A stretch of DNA of 64,000 nt, from positions 412,176,001 through 412,240,000 of the forward strand of contig OZ024741.1 in assembly GCA_964016885.1 (NCBI GenBank). The letters run 5' to 3'. Source of the DNA: Eledone cirrhosa. Taxonomy: Eukaryota. The notes under the pieces were generated by a model. It saw only the letters and a list, made by a program, of their open reading frames with translations. It had not been told where the DNA came from and ran no database searches. Shown in pieces: positions 15,001 to 28,400 of this stretch (its first letter is position 1; every line of letters starts with the position of its first letter). The position numbers and the translations under genes were made by a program.

Positions 15001-18000
15001 GTCTATGTTGTTGAACCCTTTCATTAACATATTTGTAATGTAAGACACTGTCTATGTTGTTTAACCCTTTAATTACCATATTTCTAATGTAAGACACTGT
15101 CTATGTTGTTTAACCCTTTCATTACCATATTTGTAATGTAAGACACTTTGTATCTTGTTTAACCCTTTCATTACCATATTTCTAATGTAAGACACTGTCT
15201 ATGTTGTTTAACCCTTTCATTAACATATTTCTAATGTAAGACACTGTCTATGTTGTTTAACCCTTTCGTTACCATATTTGTAATGTAAGACACTTTGTAT
15301 CTTGTTTAACCCTTTCATTACCATATTTCTAATGTAAGACACTGTCTATGTTGTTTAACCCTTTAATTACCATATTTCTAATGTAAGACACTGTCTATGT
15401 TGTTTAACCCTTTCATTACCATATTTCTAATGTAAGACACTGTCTATGTTGTTTAATCCTTTCATTACCATATTTCTAATGTAAGACACTGTCTATGTTG
15501 TTTAACCCTTTCATTACCATATTTCTAATGTAAGACACTGTCTATGTTGTTTAACCCTTTCATTACCATATTTCTAATGTAAGACACTGTCAATGTTGTT
15601 TAACCCTTTAATTACCATATTTCTAATGTAAGACACTGTCTATGTTGTTTAACCCTTTCATTACCATATTTCTAATGTAAGACACTGTCTATGTTGTTTA
15701 ACCCTTTCATTACCATATTTCTAATGTAAGACACTGTCTATGTTGTTTAACCCTTTCATTACCATATTTCTAATGTAAGACACTGTCTATGTTGTTTAAC
15801 CCTTTAATTACCATATTTCTAATGTAAGACACTGTCTATGTTGTTTAACCCTTTCATTACCATATTTCTAATGTAAGACACTGTCTATGTTGTTTAACCC
15901 TTTCATTACCATATTTCTCATATAAGACACTGTCTATGTTGTTTAACCCTTTAATTACCATATTTCTAATGTAAGACACTGTCTATGTTGTTTAACCCTT
16001 TCATTACCATATTTCTAATGTAAGACACTGTCTATGTTGTATAACCCTTTCATTACCATATTTCTAATGAAAGACACTGTCTATGTTGTTTAACCCTTTC
16101 ATTACCATATTTCTAATGAAAGACGCTGTCTATGTCTTTAACCCTTTCATTACCATATTTCTAATGAAAGACACTGTCTATGTTGTTTAACCCTTTCATT
16201 ACCATATTTCTAATGAAAGACACTGTCTATGTTGTTTAACCCTTTCATTACTATATTTCTAATGAAAGACACTGTCTATGTTGTTTAACCCTTTCATTAC
16301 CATATTTCTAATGAAAGACAGTCTATGTTGTTTAACCCTTTCATTACCATATTTCTAATGTAAGACACTCTATATGTTGTTTAACCCTTTAATTACCATA
16401 TTTCTAATGTAAGACACTGTCTATGTTGTTTAACCCTTTCATTACCATATTTCTAATGTAAGACACTGTCTATGTTGTTTAACCCTTTCATTACCATATT
16501 TCTAATGTAAGACACTGTCAATGTTGTTTAACCCTTTAATTACCATATTTCTAATGTAAGACACTGTCTATGTTGTTTAACCCTTTCATTACCATATTTC
16601 TAATGAAAGACACTGTCTATGTTGTTTAACTCTTTCAATACCATATTTCTAATGTTAGAAACTATCTATGTTGTTTAACCCTTTCATTACCATATTTCTA
16701 ATGAAAGACACTCTCTATGTTGTTTAACCCTTTCATTACCATATTTCTAATGAAAGACACTGTCTATGTTGTTTAACATTTTCATCAACATATTTCTAAT
16801 GTAAGACACTGTCTATGTTGTTTAACCTTTTCATTACCATATTTCTAATGTAAGACATTGTCTATGTTGTTTAACCCTTTCATTACCATATTTGTAATGA
16901 AAGACACTGTCTATGTTGTTTAACCCTTTCATTACCATATTTCTAATGTAAGACACTGTCTATGTTGTTTAAACTTTTCATTACCATATTTCTAATGTAA
17001 GACACTGTCTATGTTGTTTAACCCTTTAATTACCATGTTTCTAATGTAAGACACTATCTATGTTGTTTAACCCTTTCATTACCACGTTTCTAATGTAAGA
17101 CACTGTCTATGTTGTTTAACCCTTTCATTACCATATTTCTAATGAAAGACACTGTCTATGTTGTTTAACCCTTTCATTTCCATATTTCTAATGTAAGACA
17201 CTGTCTATGTTGTATAACCCTTTCATTACCATATTTCTAATGAAAGACACTGTCTATGTTGTTTAACCCTTTAATTACCATGTTTCTAATGTAAGACACT
17301 ATCTATGTTGTTTAACCCTTTCATTACCATGTTTCTAATGTAAGACACTGTCTATGTTGTTTAACCCTTTCATTTCCATATTTCTAATGTAAGACACTGT
17401 CTATGTTGTATAACCCTTTCATTACCGTATTTCTAATGTACGACACTGTCTATGTTGTTTAACCCTTTCATTACCATATTTCTAATGAAAGACACTGTCT
17501 ATGTCTTTAACCCTTTCATTACCATATTTCTAATGAAAGACACTGTCTATGTTGTTTAACCCTTTCATTACCATATTTGTAATGTAAGACTCTGTCTATG
17601 TTGTATAACCCTTTCATTACTATATTTCTAATGAAAGACACTGTCTATGTTGTTTAACCCTTTCATTTCCATATTTCTAATGAAAGACACTGTCTATGTT
17701 GTTTAACCCTTTCATTTCCATATTTTTAATGTAAGACACTGTCTATGTTGTTTAACCCTTTCATTACTATATTTCTAATGTAAGACACTGTCTATGTTGT
17801 TTAACCCTTTCATTGCCATATTTCTAATGTAAGACACTGTCTATGTTGTTTAACCCTTTCATTGCCATATTTCTAATGAAAGACACTGTCTATGTTTTTT
17901 AACCCTTTCATTTCCATATTTCTAATGAAAGACACTGTCTATGTTGTTTAACCCATTCATTTCCATATTTTTAATGTAAGACACTGTCTATGTTGTATAA

Positions 18001-20679
18001 CCCTTTCATTACTATATTTCTAATGTAAGACACTGTCTATGTTGTTTAACCCTTTCATTACCATATTTCTAATGTAAGACACTGTCTATGTTGTTTAACC
18101 CTTTCATTACCATATTTCTAATGTAAGACACTGTCTATGTTGTTTAACCCTTTCACTACCATGTTTATAATGTAAGACAATGTCTATGTTGTTTAACCCT
18201 TCATTAGCATATTTCTAATGTAAGACACTGTCTATGTTCTTTAACCCTTTCATTAACATATTTCTAATGTAAGACACTGTCTATGTTGTTGAACCCTTTC
18301 ATTAACATATTTGTAATGTAAGACACTGTCTATGTTGTTTAACCCTTTAATTACCATATTTCTAATGTAAGACACTGTCTATGTTGTTTAACCCTTTCAT
18401 TACCATATTTGTAATGTAAGACACTTTGTATCTTGTTTAACCCTTTCATTACCATATTTCTAATGTAAGACACTGTCTATGTTGTTTAACCCTTTCATTA
18501 ACATATTTCTAATGTAAGACACTGTCTATGTTGTTTAACCCTTTCATTACCATATTTCTAATGTAAGACACTGTCTATGTTGTTTAACCCTTTCATTACC
18601 ATATTTCTAATGTAAGACACTGTCTATGTTGTTTAACCCTTTCATTACCATATTTCTAATGTAAGACACTGTCTATGTTGTTTAACCCTTTAATTACCAT
18701 ATTTCTAATGTAAGACACTGTCTATGTTGTTTAACCCTTTCATTACCATATTTCTAATGTAAGACACTGTCTATGTTGTTTAACCCTTTCATTACCATAT
18801 TTCTAATGTAAGACACTGTCTATGTTGTTTAACCCTTTCATTACCATATTTCTAATGTAAGACACTGTCTATGTTGTTTAACCCTTTAATTACCATATTT
18901 CTAATGTAAGACACTGTCTATGTTGTTTAACCCTTTCATTACCATATTTCTAATGTAAGACACTGTCTATGTTGTTTAACCCTTTCATTACCATATTTCT
19001 AATATAAGACACTGTCTATGTTGTTTAACCCTTTAATTACCATATTTCTAATGTAAGACACTGTCTATGTTGTTTGACCCTTTCATTACTATATTTCTAA
19101 TGTAAGACACTGTCTATGTTGTTTAACCCTTTCATTACCATATTTCTAATGAAAGACACTGTCTATGTTGTTTAACCCTTTCATTACCATATTTGTAATG
19201 TAAGACACTGTGTATCTTGTTTAACCTTTCATTACCATATTTCTAATGTAAGACACCGTCTATGTTGTTTAACCCTTTCATTAACATATTTCTAATGTAA
19301 GACAATGTCTATTTTGTTTAACCCTTTCATTTCCATATTTTTAATGTAAGACACTGTCTATGTTGTTTAATCCTTTCATTACCATATTTCTAATGTAAGA
19401 CACTGTCTATGTTGTTTAACCCTTTCGTTACCATATTTGTAATGTAAGACACTGTGTATGTTGTTTAACCCTTTCATTACCATATTTCTAATGAAAGACA
19501 CTGTCTATGTTGTTTAATCCTTTCATTACCATATTTCTAATGTAAGACACTGTCTATGTTGTTTAACCCTTTCATTACCATATTTCTAATGAAAGACACT
19601 GTCTATGTTGTTTAACCCTTTCGTTACCATATTTGTAATGTAAGACACTTTGTATCTTGTTTAACCCTTTCATTACCATATTTCTAATGTAAGACACTGT
19701 CTATGTTGTTTAACCCTTTCATTACCATATTTGTAATGTAAGACACTCTCTATGTTGTTTAACCCTTTCATTACCATATTTGTAATGTAAGACACTGTCT
19801 ATGTTGTTTAACCCTTACATTACCATATTTCTAATGTAAGACACTGTCTATGTTGTTTAACCCTTTCATTACCATATTTCTAATGAAAGACACTGTCTAT
19901 GTTGTTTAACCCTTTCTTTACCATGTTTCTAATGTAAGACACTATCTATGTCTTTAACCCTTTCAGTACCGTATTTCTAATGAAAGACACTGTTTATGTC
20001 TTTAACCCTTTCATTACCATATTTCTAATGTAAGACACTGTCTATGTCTTTAACCCTTTCAGTACCGTATTTCTAATGTAAGACACTATCTATGTCTTTA
20101 ACCCTTTCAGTACCGTATTTCTAATGAAAGACACTGTTTATGTCTTTAACCCTTTCAGTACCATATTTCTAATGTAAGACACTGTCTATGTCTTTAACCC
20201 TTTCAGTACCGTATTTCTAATGTAAGACACTGTCTATGTTGTTTGAGCCTTTCATTACCATATTTCTAATGTAAGACACTGTCTATATTGTTTAACCCTT
20301 TCATTACCATATTTCTAATGTAAGACACTGTCTATGTTGTTTAACCCTTTCATTACCATATATCTAATGTAAGACACTGTCTATGTTGTTTAACCCTTTC
20401 ATTAGCATATTTCTAATGAAAACACTGTCTATGTTGTTTAACCCTTTCATTACCATATTTCTAATGTAAGACACTCTCTATGCTGTTTAACCCTTTCATT
20501 ACCATATTCGTAATGTAAGACACTGTCTATGTTGTTTAACCCTTTCACTACCATGTTTATAATGTAAGACACTGTCTATGTTGTTTAACCCTTTCACTAC
20601 CATGTTTATAATGTAAGACAATGTCTATGTTGTTTAACCCTGTCCTTACCATATTTCTAATAAAAGACATTGTCTATGG
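1..20679. repeat. 49-bp satellite array (~420 copies, runs off the left edge); consensus TTGTTTAACCCTTTCATTACCATATTTCTAATGWAAGACACTGTCTATG
   Basis: Continuous tandem unit of 49 nt with point variants and occasional small indels; recurring variant cassettes indicate higher-order structure. Confidence 0.99.
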
Positions 20680-20876
20680 TTTTCAAATAATTTTGAAAAT
20701 AATCAAGAATTTGGTGTGATTTAGTAATATAACTAACTTTCTCAATATTAAGCTGGTGTTTGGAATATAACTTAACAAAGGTTCTTACATAAAATTACAA
20801 TGGAAAGTTTTTGATAAAGAGGTTTTTATTGTAGAACTAGGGTCCATATCAAGCGGTTTGGTATCAAAAGTGTTAG
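20635..20876. mobile_element. Short non-autonomous DNA element (MITE, TTAA/piggyBac-like termini) whose left end equals the satellite unit
   Basis: The last satellite unit (TTAACCCTGTCCTTACC...) continues into unique sequence ending GGTATCAAAAGTGTTAG (20860-20876), an imperfect reverse complement of TTAACCCTTTCATTACC. Confidence 0.6.
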
Positions 20877-20886
20877 AGGATACCAA

Positions 20887-21503
20887 TTATTTAGATGTTT
20901 TAAAATGTAGGTTTAAAATTGAAATACAATCTTTTGTAACAGAATCAGTGTTGGAACGGTAAGACAGAATATCAAAGATAACATCTGGAGATAAATTTAG
21001 GCTAAAGAAAGTCGCTATAAGATCAAAGAATTCTTCAGAATGCTGAACATTAAATTTTGGTTCAGTAGAAATAAAATATGTTGGCCATTGTAAAAGTGTT
21101 CTTTCTGAGTTGAAAGGCTGTATGGAATATAAACTGTCTTTTTTTAAAGTGTTGTTCCTGGGAGCATAAGTGTAACACTTGTGAGTGAAACTCCCTAAAA
21201 AGGGGTACTTTACTTCACTCAAATTATTTTTAAAATAAAACCTAGTCAAACCTTGTTTTTTTTCTTTCTGATGAGTATTAGATTTAAAATGGAAGGTCTC
21301 TGATTCAAGCAATTTTGAAGGGACCATTTGTACAGAGAAGAGATCTGTATTACTTGCTAGAGTCAGATGTGTGAATGTCTCTGGTTCTAAACTATCTGTT
21401 CTTTGAGACAAGTTTCCTAGGGAGGGAGTATTTGTTGTCATATCAGGTTGAAGGGATATTTCTGGATATTCGTTTTCTCTGCTAACCACATTTTCATAAT
21501 TAC
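20887..21503 (-). CDS. Putative terminal coding exon of an unidentified minus-strand gene
   Basis: 200-aa non-repetitive ORF ending TAA; acceptor TTTTTCCAG at 21504, phase 1, matches the phase-1 donor at 23269. Confidence 0.7.
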
Positions 21504-21754
21504 CTGGAAAAATAATTTTTAATTATAAGATTTATTGAGGTGTTTGGAGGTTTGGAAATTTTTAAACTTTGAAATCCATACATAAAATCACTTCAAATAA
21601 TGTTATAAAATTGAGTAAAGTATGTTGTAAAATACCCTGCAAAATACCCTGTAAAAGCTGGTACAGTAATGCACAAGCTTCAGTAATCAGTAATCAGAAG
21701 AAGGGATGTGGGTGTAAAAGCCAAACTCACTATCTTCAATTTGGTATTCATGCC

Positions 21755-22037
21755 AACCCTTATATGGTCATGAATCTTGGGTAATGACTGAAAGAATATG
21801 ATCGTGAATACAAGAGGGGCAAAATGGGGTTCCTCCAAAGGGTATTTGGAGTAACGTTACTCGATAGAGTGTCTAGCTGGGAGATGAGAGAATCCTTCCA
21901 GGTAGAGCCACTACTTATCCGAATTGAGAGATCACAGCTCTGCTACTATGGAGATGGGGTTAGAATGTCTCAGGAAGGAATCGCTGGACAGATTTTATGA
22001 GCGAAACTAACCGGCAGGCAAGTCAGGGGTAGACCCT
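21755..22037 (+). mobile_element. Decayed RTE-clade LINE ORF C-terminal fragment
   Basis: Translates to LYGHESWVMTER...MGFLQRVFGVTLLDRV...IERSQLCYYG...RGRP with stops and frameshifts. Confidence 0.7.
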
Positions 22038-22044
22038 GAGAAAA

Positions 22045-22288
22045 AGTCTGTCTTAAGCCTGGATGCTCATCAGGCCAGTGCTTATCCTGGTTTCCTTGGC
22101 ATTAAGTGACTGAATGTACAAGACTTCCTCCTGGACAGGACACTAGTCCTTCACAGAGTTAAAACCCCAGCTGAGTATACAGGAGCAACATGAAAGGAAA
22201 TGTTTTGCTCAAGAACACAACACATGACCCAATCCAGAAATCGAATCCATGACATTATGATTGCAGGTCCAACACACTTACCACTAGA
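22045..22288 (-). mobile_element. Decayed tRNA-derived SINE
   Basis: Minus strand TAGTGGTAAG (A box-like), GGATTCGATTTC (B box-like), followed by the TTCTTGAGCAAAACA body shared with other SINEs here. Confidence 0.65.
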
Positions 22289-22496
22289 AATTGATAAAAT
22301 AAGGACCAGACTTGAAAAATGAAATAAGTTTGAGTGTCAATGATTGACTACAATCTCTTCAAAGTAGTGATCCAGCATGGTCAAATAACTGAAACTGGCA
22401 AAAGTGTAAAAGACTATCTTAAATTAGGGGGTTTTAAGTTGACTCAGTGGTTAGAGTAGGTTGGGGCAACCTTTTTTGAGCAGTGGGTCACATGGG

Positions 22497-22839
22497 ATCA
22501 TCATCATTTTCATTTCATTTTACGTCTGCTTTTCCCTGCTTGCAAGGGTGGGACGGGAACTGATTCGGGCTTGATTTCTACAGCTGGATGCCCTTCCTAA
22601 CACCAACCTCATTTACAGTGAGTGCTGGGTGCTTTTATGCCATGGCACCTCCACGACCACTTTGCAGTGGAATGATAAGGACCCCAGTCCCTATCATCAC
22701 ATTTCTACAGCTGAGTAAACTGGAGCAATGTGAAATAAAGTGTCTTGCTCAAGGAAACAACACATCACCCGGTCTGAGAATTGAACTCACAACCTTTCGA
22801 TTGCAAGGTCAATGCTCTAACCACTAAGACATGTGCCTA
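22497..22839 (-). mobile_element. Full-length tRNA-derived SINE with RTE-type 3' tail
   Basis: A box TAGTGGTTAGAG, B box GAGTTCAATTCT, GGAAGGGCATCCAGC motif, tail TTGCAAGCAGGGAAAAGCAGACGTAAAATG(ATG)n; near-identical copy at 54084-54360. Confidence 0.85.
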
Positions 22840-22942
22840 AAGGATGTGGCTCATTATAAGGTGGGTCACATGGGATGTGGCTCATTATAAGGCAGGCCAC
22901 CTGGCCCTGGGGTGGTCGACATGATCTGTCCCCCAGTTTAAA

Positions 22943-23256
22943 ATCACCACCACCACCATCATCACCACCTTCATCACCACAAGCGCTGCCACCACCACCA
23001 CCACGACCACCACCACCACCTTCACCACCACCATCATCATCATTACCACCTTCATTAACACAAGCACTGCCACCAATACCACCACCATCACCACCACCAT
23101 CACCACCACCATCATCATCACCACCTTCATCACCACAAGCGCTACCACCACCACCACCACCACCACCACCACCTTCACCACCACCACCATCATCATCATC
23201 ACCACCTTCGTCATCACAAGTGCTGCCACCACCAGCAAAACAACAACAACAACCAC
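22943..23256. repeat. Degenerate (CAC/CAT)n low-complexity repeat
   Basis: Trinucleotide runs; they explain the poly-Pro and poly-Val ORFs. Confidence 0.95.
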
Positions 23257-23268
23257 TGTTTCACTTAC

Positions 23269-23397
23269 CTAAAGTAGTTTTATTAACTTCACAAAGATTT
23301 CCAGATCCAACAAGAATTTTAAAGAATTCCTCTGCAACATATTCTGTAATGTCTTCTGTTTCAGCATTTGTTAAGGTTTCAGGTGGAACTACTTCAT
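23269..23397 (-). CDS. Putative internal exon (129 bp, phase 1-1): YEVVPPETLTNAETEDITEYVAEEFFKILVGSGNLCEVNKTTL
   Basis: Acceptor TTCAACTCTAG, donor TTAG|GTAAGT, open frame, unique sequence between microsatellites. Confidence 0.72.
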
Positions 23398-23416
23398 CTA
23401 GAGTTGAAGTAGATAT

Positions 23417-23473
<57 letters not shown>

Positions 23474-23581
23474 AGCAAAAGGGATATTCAAATTGTTGGT
23501 AATTCAACAAATATAAATGTTTATAACTGATTCAGAGTTGAATATATATATAATATATACATATATATATATATAATATAT

Positions 23582-23640
<59 letters not shown>

Positions 23641-23649
<9 letters not shown>

Positions 23650-24087
23650 GAGATAAGCGGGGCAAGTAAGATTCAAACAATTTTTTAAAATAAATAAAAA
23701 AATGTAATTTAAACATTCACCTATTCCTTTTGCTTTTACCGACGGTTTCACTTCACAAAAGATTGGAGATCCTAGGGACTTCCAATGGAAATGTTCAGAT
23801 CTTCAGAAAGCATTTTCCCTACCTAGGACGTAAAGTCCCAGGAACAGCAAAATACATTGCCATCTGCCGGCTAGTACAGGATCGAATGAGGCCGTAAACT
23901 TGACCTGTGTATGAACCACGGATTTGTTCTCTACATAACGGAGAATATATAAAAAGGAGACCAATCTTTTGTGAAGTGAAACTGCCGGTAAAAGCAAAAG
24001 GAATAGGTGAATATGTAAATTATATTTTTTTAATTTATTAAAAAAAATTGTTTGAATCTTGCTTGTTCCGCTTATTTCAATTTTATA
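23641..24087. mobile_element. MITE/fold-back element with ~126-bp imperfect terminal inverted repeats
   Basis: 23641-23766 is the reverse complement of 23961-24087; TATA at both ends. Confidence 0.8.
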
Positions 24088-24686
24088 GTTCTGGTATGTC
24101 AAATTAATACCAAAGGACAACCACTGTACCATAGACACCCTATATATTTCCAGAGGTACTTAGTACCTGTGGGGATATTGATCTCCTTTATATATATATA
24201 GGGAGCTCATAGATAGGACAACACACGGTTTTCGTGGGGGTAAGTTTTTACTAATTTTCGTATTCTGAAAGACCAAAATACAACAAAAATGTTTGCTCAT
24301 TGGACGCGGGAAATGTTCTGACAAAAGCTGTGGAAGCTACAGAAATATTCCATATATTCTTCCAGAGCAATCTCTATTTAAAAATTTACATTTTACGCTT
24401 ACTTGTCCGCCATTGCAAAAATGTTATAAATTCAAATTTTGAAAAGAGAGAAAAAGGGACAACAATGAACTTGTACATCTCACTGCCCCCCCCCCCCCCC
24501 CGCCACGAACAAGAAATAACGTCTACACTCGCTCCCCACCACAATCACATAAGTCATTACCCTATCTAAGGTGGCTGACCTGTTGACAAACTGCTAACTC
24601 CTTTGATGTATGTGTATATATATATATATGTATATGTGTGTATATATGTATGTATATATATATCTCAGTGAATGCGACCAGATTTC

Positions 24687-25211
24687 AACACAGCAACATC
24701 TACACCAACAACAGCAACTACAACAAAAGCAACAGCAACAACAAGAACAGCAACAACACCATTGTCTGTGTTGAATGTGTGTGTATGTATTTATATATAT
24801 GCGACTACAATAACAGCAACAGCACCATTGTCTGCAGCAGCAGCATCAGTGAAATGAAGAACAACAACGGCAGCAGCAGCAGCAGCAACAGCAACAGCAA
24901 CAACAACGACAGCAACAACTGCCACCACCATCACTGACATCATCCACCACCTTCACCACCACCACAACCACCACCATCACTGGCACCATCCACCACCACC
25001 ACCATCCCCACCATCACTGACACCATCCACCACCTTCACCACCACCACCACCGCCATCACCACCATCACTGACATCGTCCATCACCTTCATCACCACAAC
25101 TACTACCACCGCCACCATCACTGGCACCATCTACCACCACCACCATCGCCAGCATCACTGTCACCATCCGCCACCACCACCATCACTGAGACCATCCACC
25201 ACCATCACCAG
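24687..25211. repeat. Compound (CAA/CAG/CAC)n low-complexity tract
   Basis: Directly visible trinucleotide runs. Confidence 0.92.
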
Positions 25212-25312
25212 CGTAAAGCAAACAATTATTATTATTATTATATAAAAACTGAACTGGACTGGGAAAAGTCAACAGTTGACATGATTTTGACTTTGTATCA
25301 GTACTGACGGTA

Positions 25313-25344
<32 letters not shown>

Positions 25345-25499
25345 ATGTATGTGAGTGATGTGTGTGTTTGTATGCATGAGTGTTGGTGTGTTTGTAGTTT
25401 GTATGCATGAGTGTTGGTGTGTGCGTGTCGTGTCAATAAGTGGGGTCTTTTTATGACCATGCTGTAAAATGGAGGGATAGAGAGGGCCCTTGAATCTAG

Positions 25500-28400
25500 T
25501 AAGACATCCTCTCTAGTGCTGGTGGCACAAATAAAAGCACCCAGTCCATGCTGTAAAGTGGCGCTGGTGTTAGGAAGGGCATCCAACCAGTGTATCAATG
25601 CCAAAACGCTTATCAGCACAGCAACAAATAGATAGGAACAACAACAAAATATGAAGACGTCGCATCTCAGAGTTGCAACACTTAATGATGGCACTCTCAG
25701 AGGTAGATCTGCTGAAATAGCAGAGATGCTGGAGAGAAGGCATGTGGATGTGTGCTGCATGCAAGAGGTGAGATCGAGAGGTACCTCTGCGAGATTAGTC
25801 CTAGGCAAACATCTTAGCTATAAGCTTTTCTGGGTAGGTAAGGATGATGGGTTAGGGAGAGTAGGCATTTTTCTGGCTGAGAGATAGATCAATAAGACAA
25901 TAGAGGTAGTTCGAGTTAGTAATCGAATAATTAAGCTTAGATTAGTTGTAGGCAAGAGACTACTGACAATCATCTCGGCCTATGATCCCCAAGCAAGCCA
26001 AGGCAAAGATGAGAAAGACTGCTTTTACGAGCAACTTTTACAAACATCCGCAATGACATAGGACGGAGACATCGTTATGCTAGCAGGGGACTTCAATAGT
26101 CATGTTGGACAGCTCCAGGATGGTTACACTGGGGTACACGGGGGGCACGGTTACGGCTCAAGAAATGAAGAAGGAGTGAGACTTCTTGAATTTTGTGATG
26201 CAAGTGCACTAACCATTTGGAACACTAACTTCCAGAAACCTGCCAACCACCTAATAACCTACAAATCTGGCGAGCACATAAGCCAGATTGACTTCTTACT
26301 CGTTAGGCAGCGGGATAGGCAGATAGTGTCTAATACCAAGGCATACCCTGGGGAAAAATGTACCCCACAGCATAGGTTAGTCGTTAGTGATATCTCAGTA
26401 AGCAAGAGATGGAATGAGACATACAGGAAGGTGTGGAGAAGAAAGGTCTGGAAGCTAAAAGACCTTTCACTAAAATACAAATTTAGGAAAGCTTTTCAAG
26501 ATGTGTATGACGAAAAAGAAGACGATTTAAAGACGTATGACATAGATAATAACTGGAATTTCTTATGTGACAACTTACTGCAGACTACTGATGAAACTTG
26601 TGGCTGGAGCAGAGCTCCAACCAGCCAGAGAGTGACCTGGTGGTGGAACAGCACAGTAGATAAGGCCATTAGAGACAAAAGACTAGCATGGAAGGCTTGG
26701 AAAAAGGGTGGGAAGATGTTCTGCAATGGGAAGACCAGAGGCGTGCGGTGTTCTACATTGCAAGTCAGTATGTCAATGCAAATCAGGATGTTGTTGCAGA
26801 TAAATGTGTCCGGAATGATGCCGGTGTACTTAGTGTCACGAATGATCAGAAAATGGAGGCCGGGAAATATCATTATGAGAGACTGATGAATGTGGAGAAC
26901 GAATGGGACAGAGAGAAATTACCCACAGTAGATCCGACAGAGGGACCAGCTATTGAGATTGACGAATATAGGGTCCAAGAGGCGATTAAGGAAATGAAAA
27001 ATGGTAATGCTGCTGGACCATCGAGGATAGTTGCTGAGATGCTGAAGGCATCAGGGGACGTAGTCACTAAACTGGTTGCACGCATCATCAATCAGGCTAT
27101 ATATGGTTGTGTCATACCCAAAGACTGGTGCAGCAGTATTCTCCTAAATTGCTACAAAGGTAAAGGGGATGTTCTGGAGACGAGCAATTATAGGAGTATA
27201 AAACTGATGGATCAGGTTATGAAAGTTGCAGAAAGGATATTAGCACAACTAAAAGGGTCAAACTAGATGAGCTGCAGTTTGGTTTTGTGTCTGGGAAGAG
27301 TACAACAGATGCCCTCTTCTTGGTGAGACAATTAGAAGAAAGGTTCTTAGAGAAAAATTAGCCACTATACTTAGCCTTTGTTGACGTAGAGAAGGACTTT
27401 GTTAGGGTACCCCGATCTGTCATCTGGTGGTCCCTAAGGAAACTAGGTGTTGAGGAATGGCTTGTGAGGACAGTGAAAACTTTGTACAGAGGTACTGTCA
27501 GTAAAGTCAGGGTAGGAATGGAGTTTAGTGAGTAATTCCAGATACAAGTAGGAGTACATCAAGGTTCGGTCCTCAGCCCGCTCTTGTGCATTATAGTCCT
27601 CCAAGCTATAACAGAGGAGTTTAAGACTGGCTGTCCATGGGAACTTCTCTATGCTGACGATCTGGTTCTTATAGCAGTAGAGGAGCTAGAGAATAAATTC
27701 TGGCTATGGAAACAGCAGTTGGAAGCAAGAGGACTGAGAGTAAATCTAGCTAAGACAAAAGTGTTGATGAGTAGAAAAGAGGACAAAACTCTGATTCCGT
27801 CAGGGAAATGGCCATGTTCGATATGCAGAAAAGGAACTGGTATAAATTCTATAAAATGCACACAATGCAGATCTTGGGTACACAAGAGATGTAGCGGGAT
27901 AGCAGGCAAACTAACAGGTAGGGAGAAATACGTATGCAGTAGATGTACATGGAAATTAGACAGTAGAAGTCGCATTGATAGACACATTTTTCAAATGCAG
28001 GCGGGTGCTATAGAAGAGTGGTGGATAGCTTCTGGTACCTAGGAGATCAGATTAGCATGGGAGGGGGTGTTCCAAGGCCATAGTATCTAGAATAAGGACG
28101 GGTTGGAAAAAGTTTAGGGAGCTACTTCCTCTGCTGACAAAGAAGGGTTTCTCCCTGCATACAAAAGGCCAGTTATATGATGCCTGTGTGAGGAGCGTGA
28201 TGCTGCATGGTAGTGAGACATGGGCAGCAACTGCAGAGGATATGCGACAGCTGGAGAGAAATGAGGCAAGCATGTCCGTTGGATGTGCAATGTCAATGTG
28301 CGTGAACGACCCAGCATAAATGTGTTGAGAGAGAAACTGTGTCTGAAAGGGATAGAATGTAGTGTGCGAGAGAGGAGACTGAGGTGGTATGGACATGTGA

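Noticed and set aside
1-20679. CRISPR array or telomeric repeat (TAACCC within the unit)
   Set aside because: No unique spacers and no cas genes; TAACCC occurs once per 49-mer rather than as a tandem hexamer
22875-23471. Proline-rich extensin/formin-like ORF and poly-Val antisense ORF
   Set aside because: Translations of a (CAC)n microsatellite ending in (TA)n
23720-23800. Possible extra exon (SEHFHWKSLGSPIFCEVKPSVKAKGI) with a phase-1 donor
   Set aside because: Lies largely within a TIR that is mirrored at 23961-24087, has no convincing acceptor, and is not needed for frame continuity
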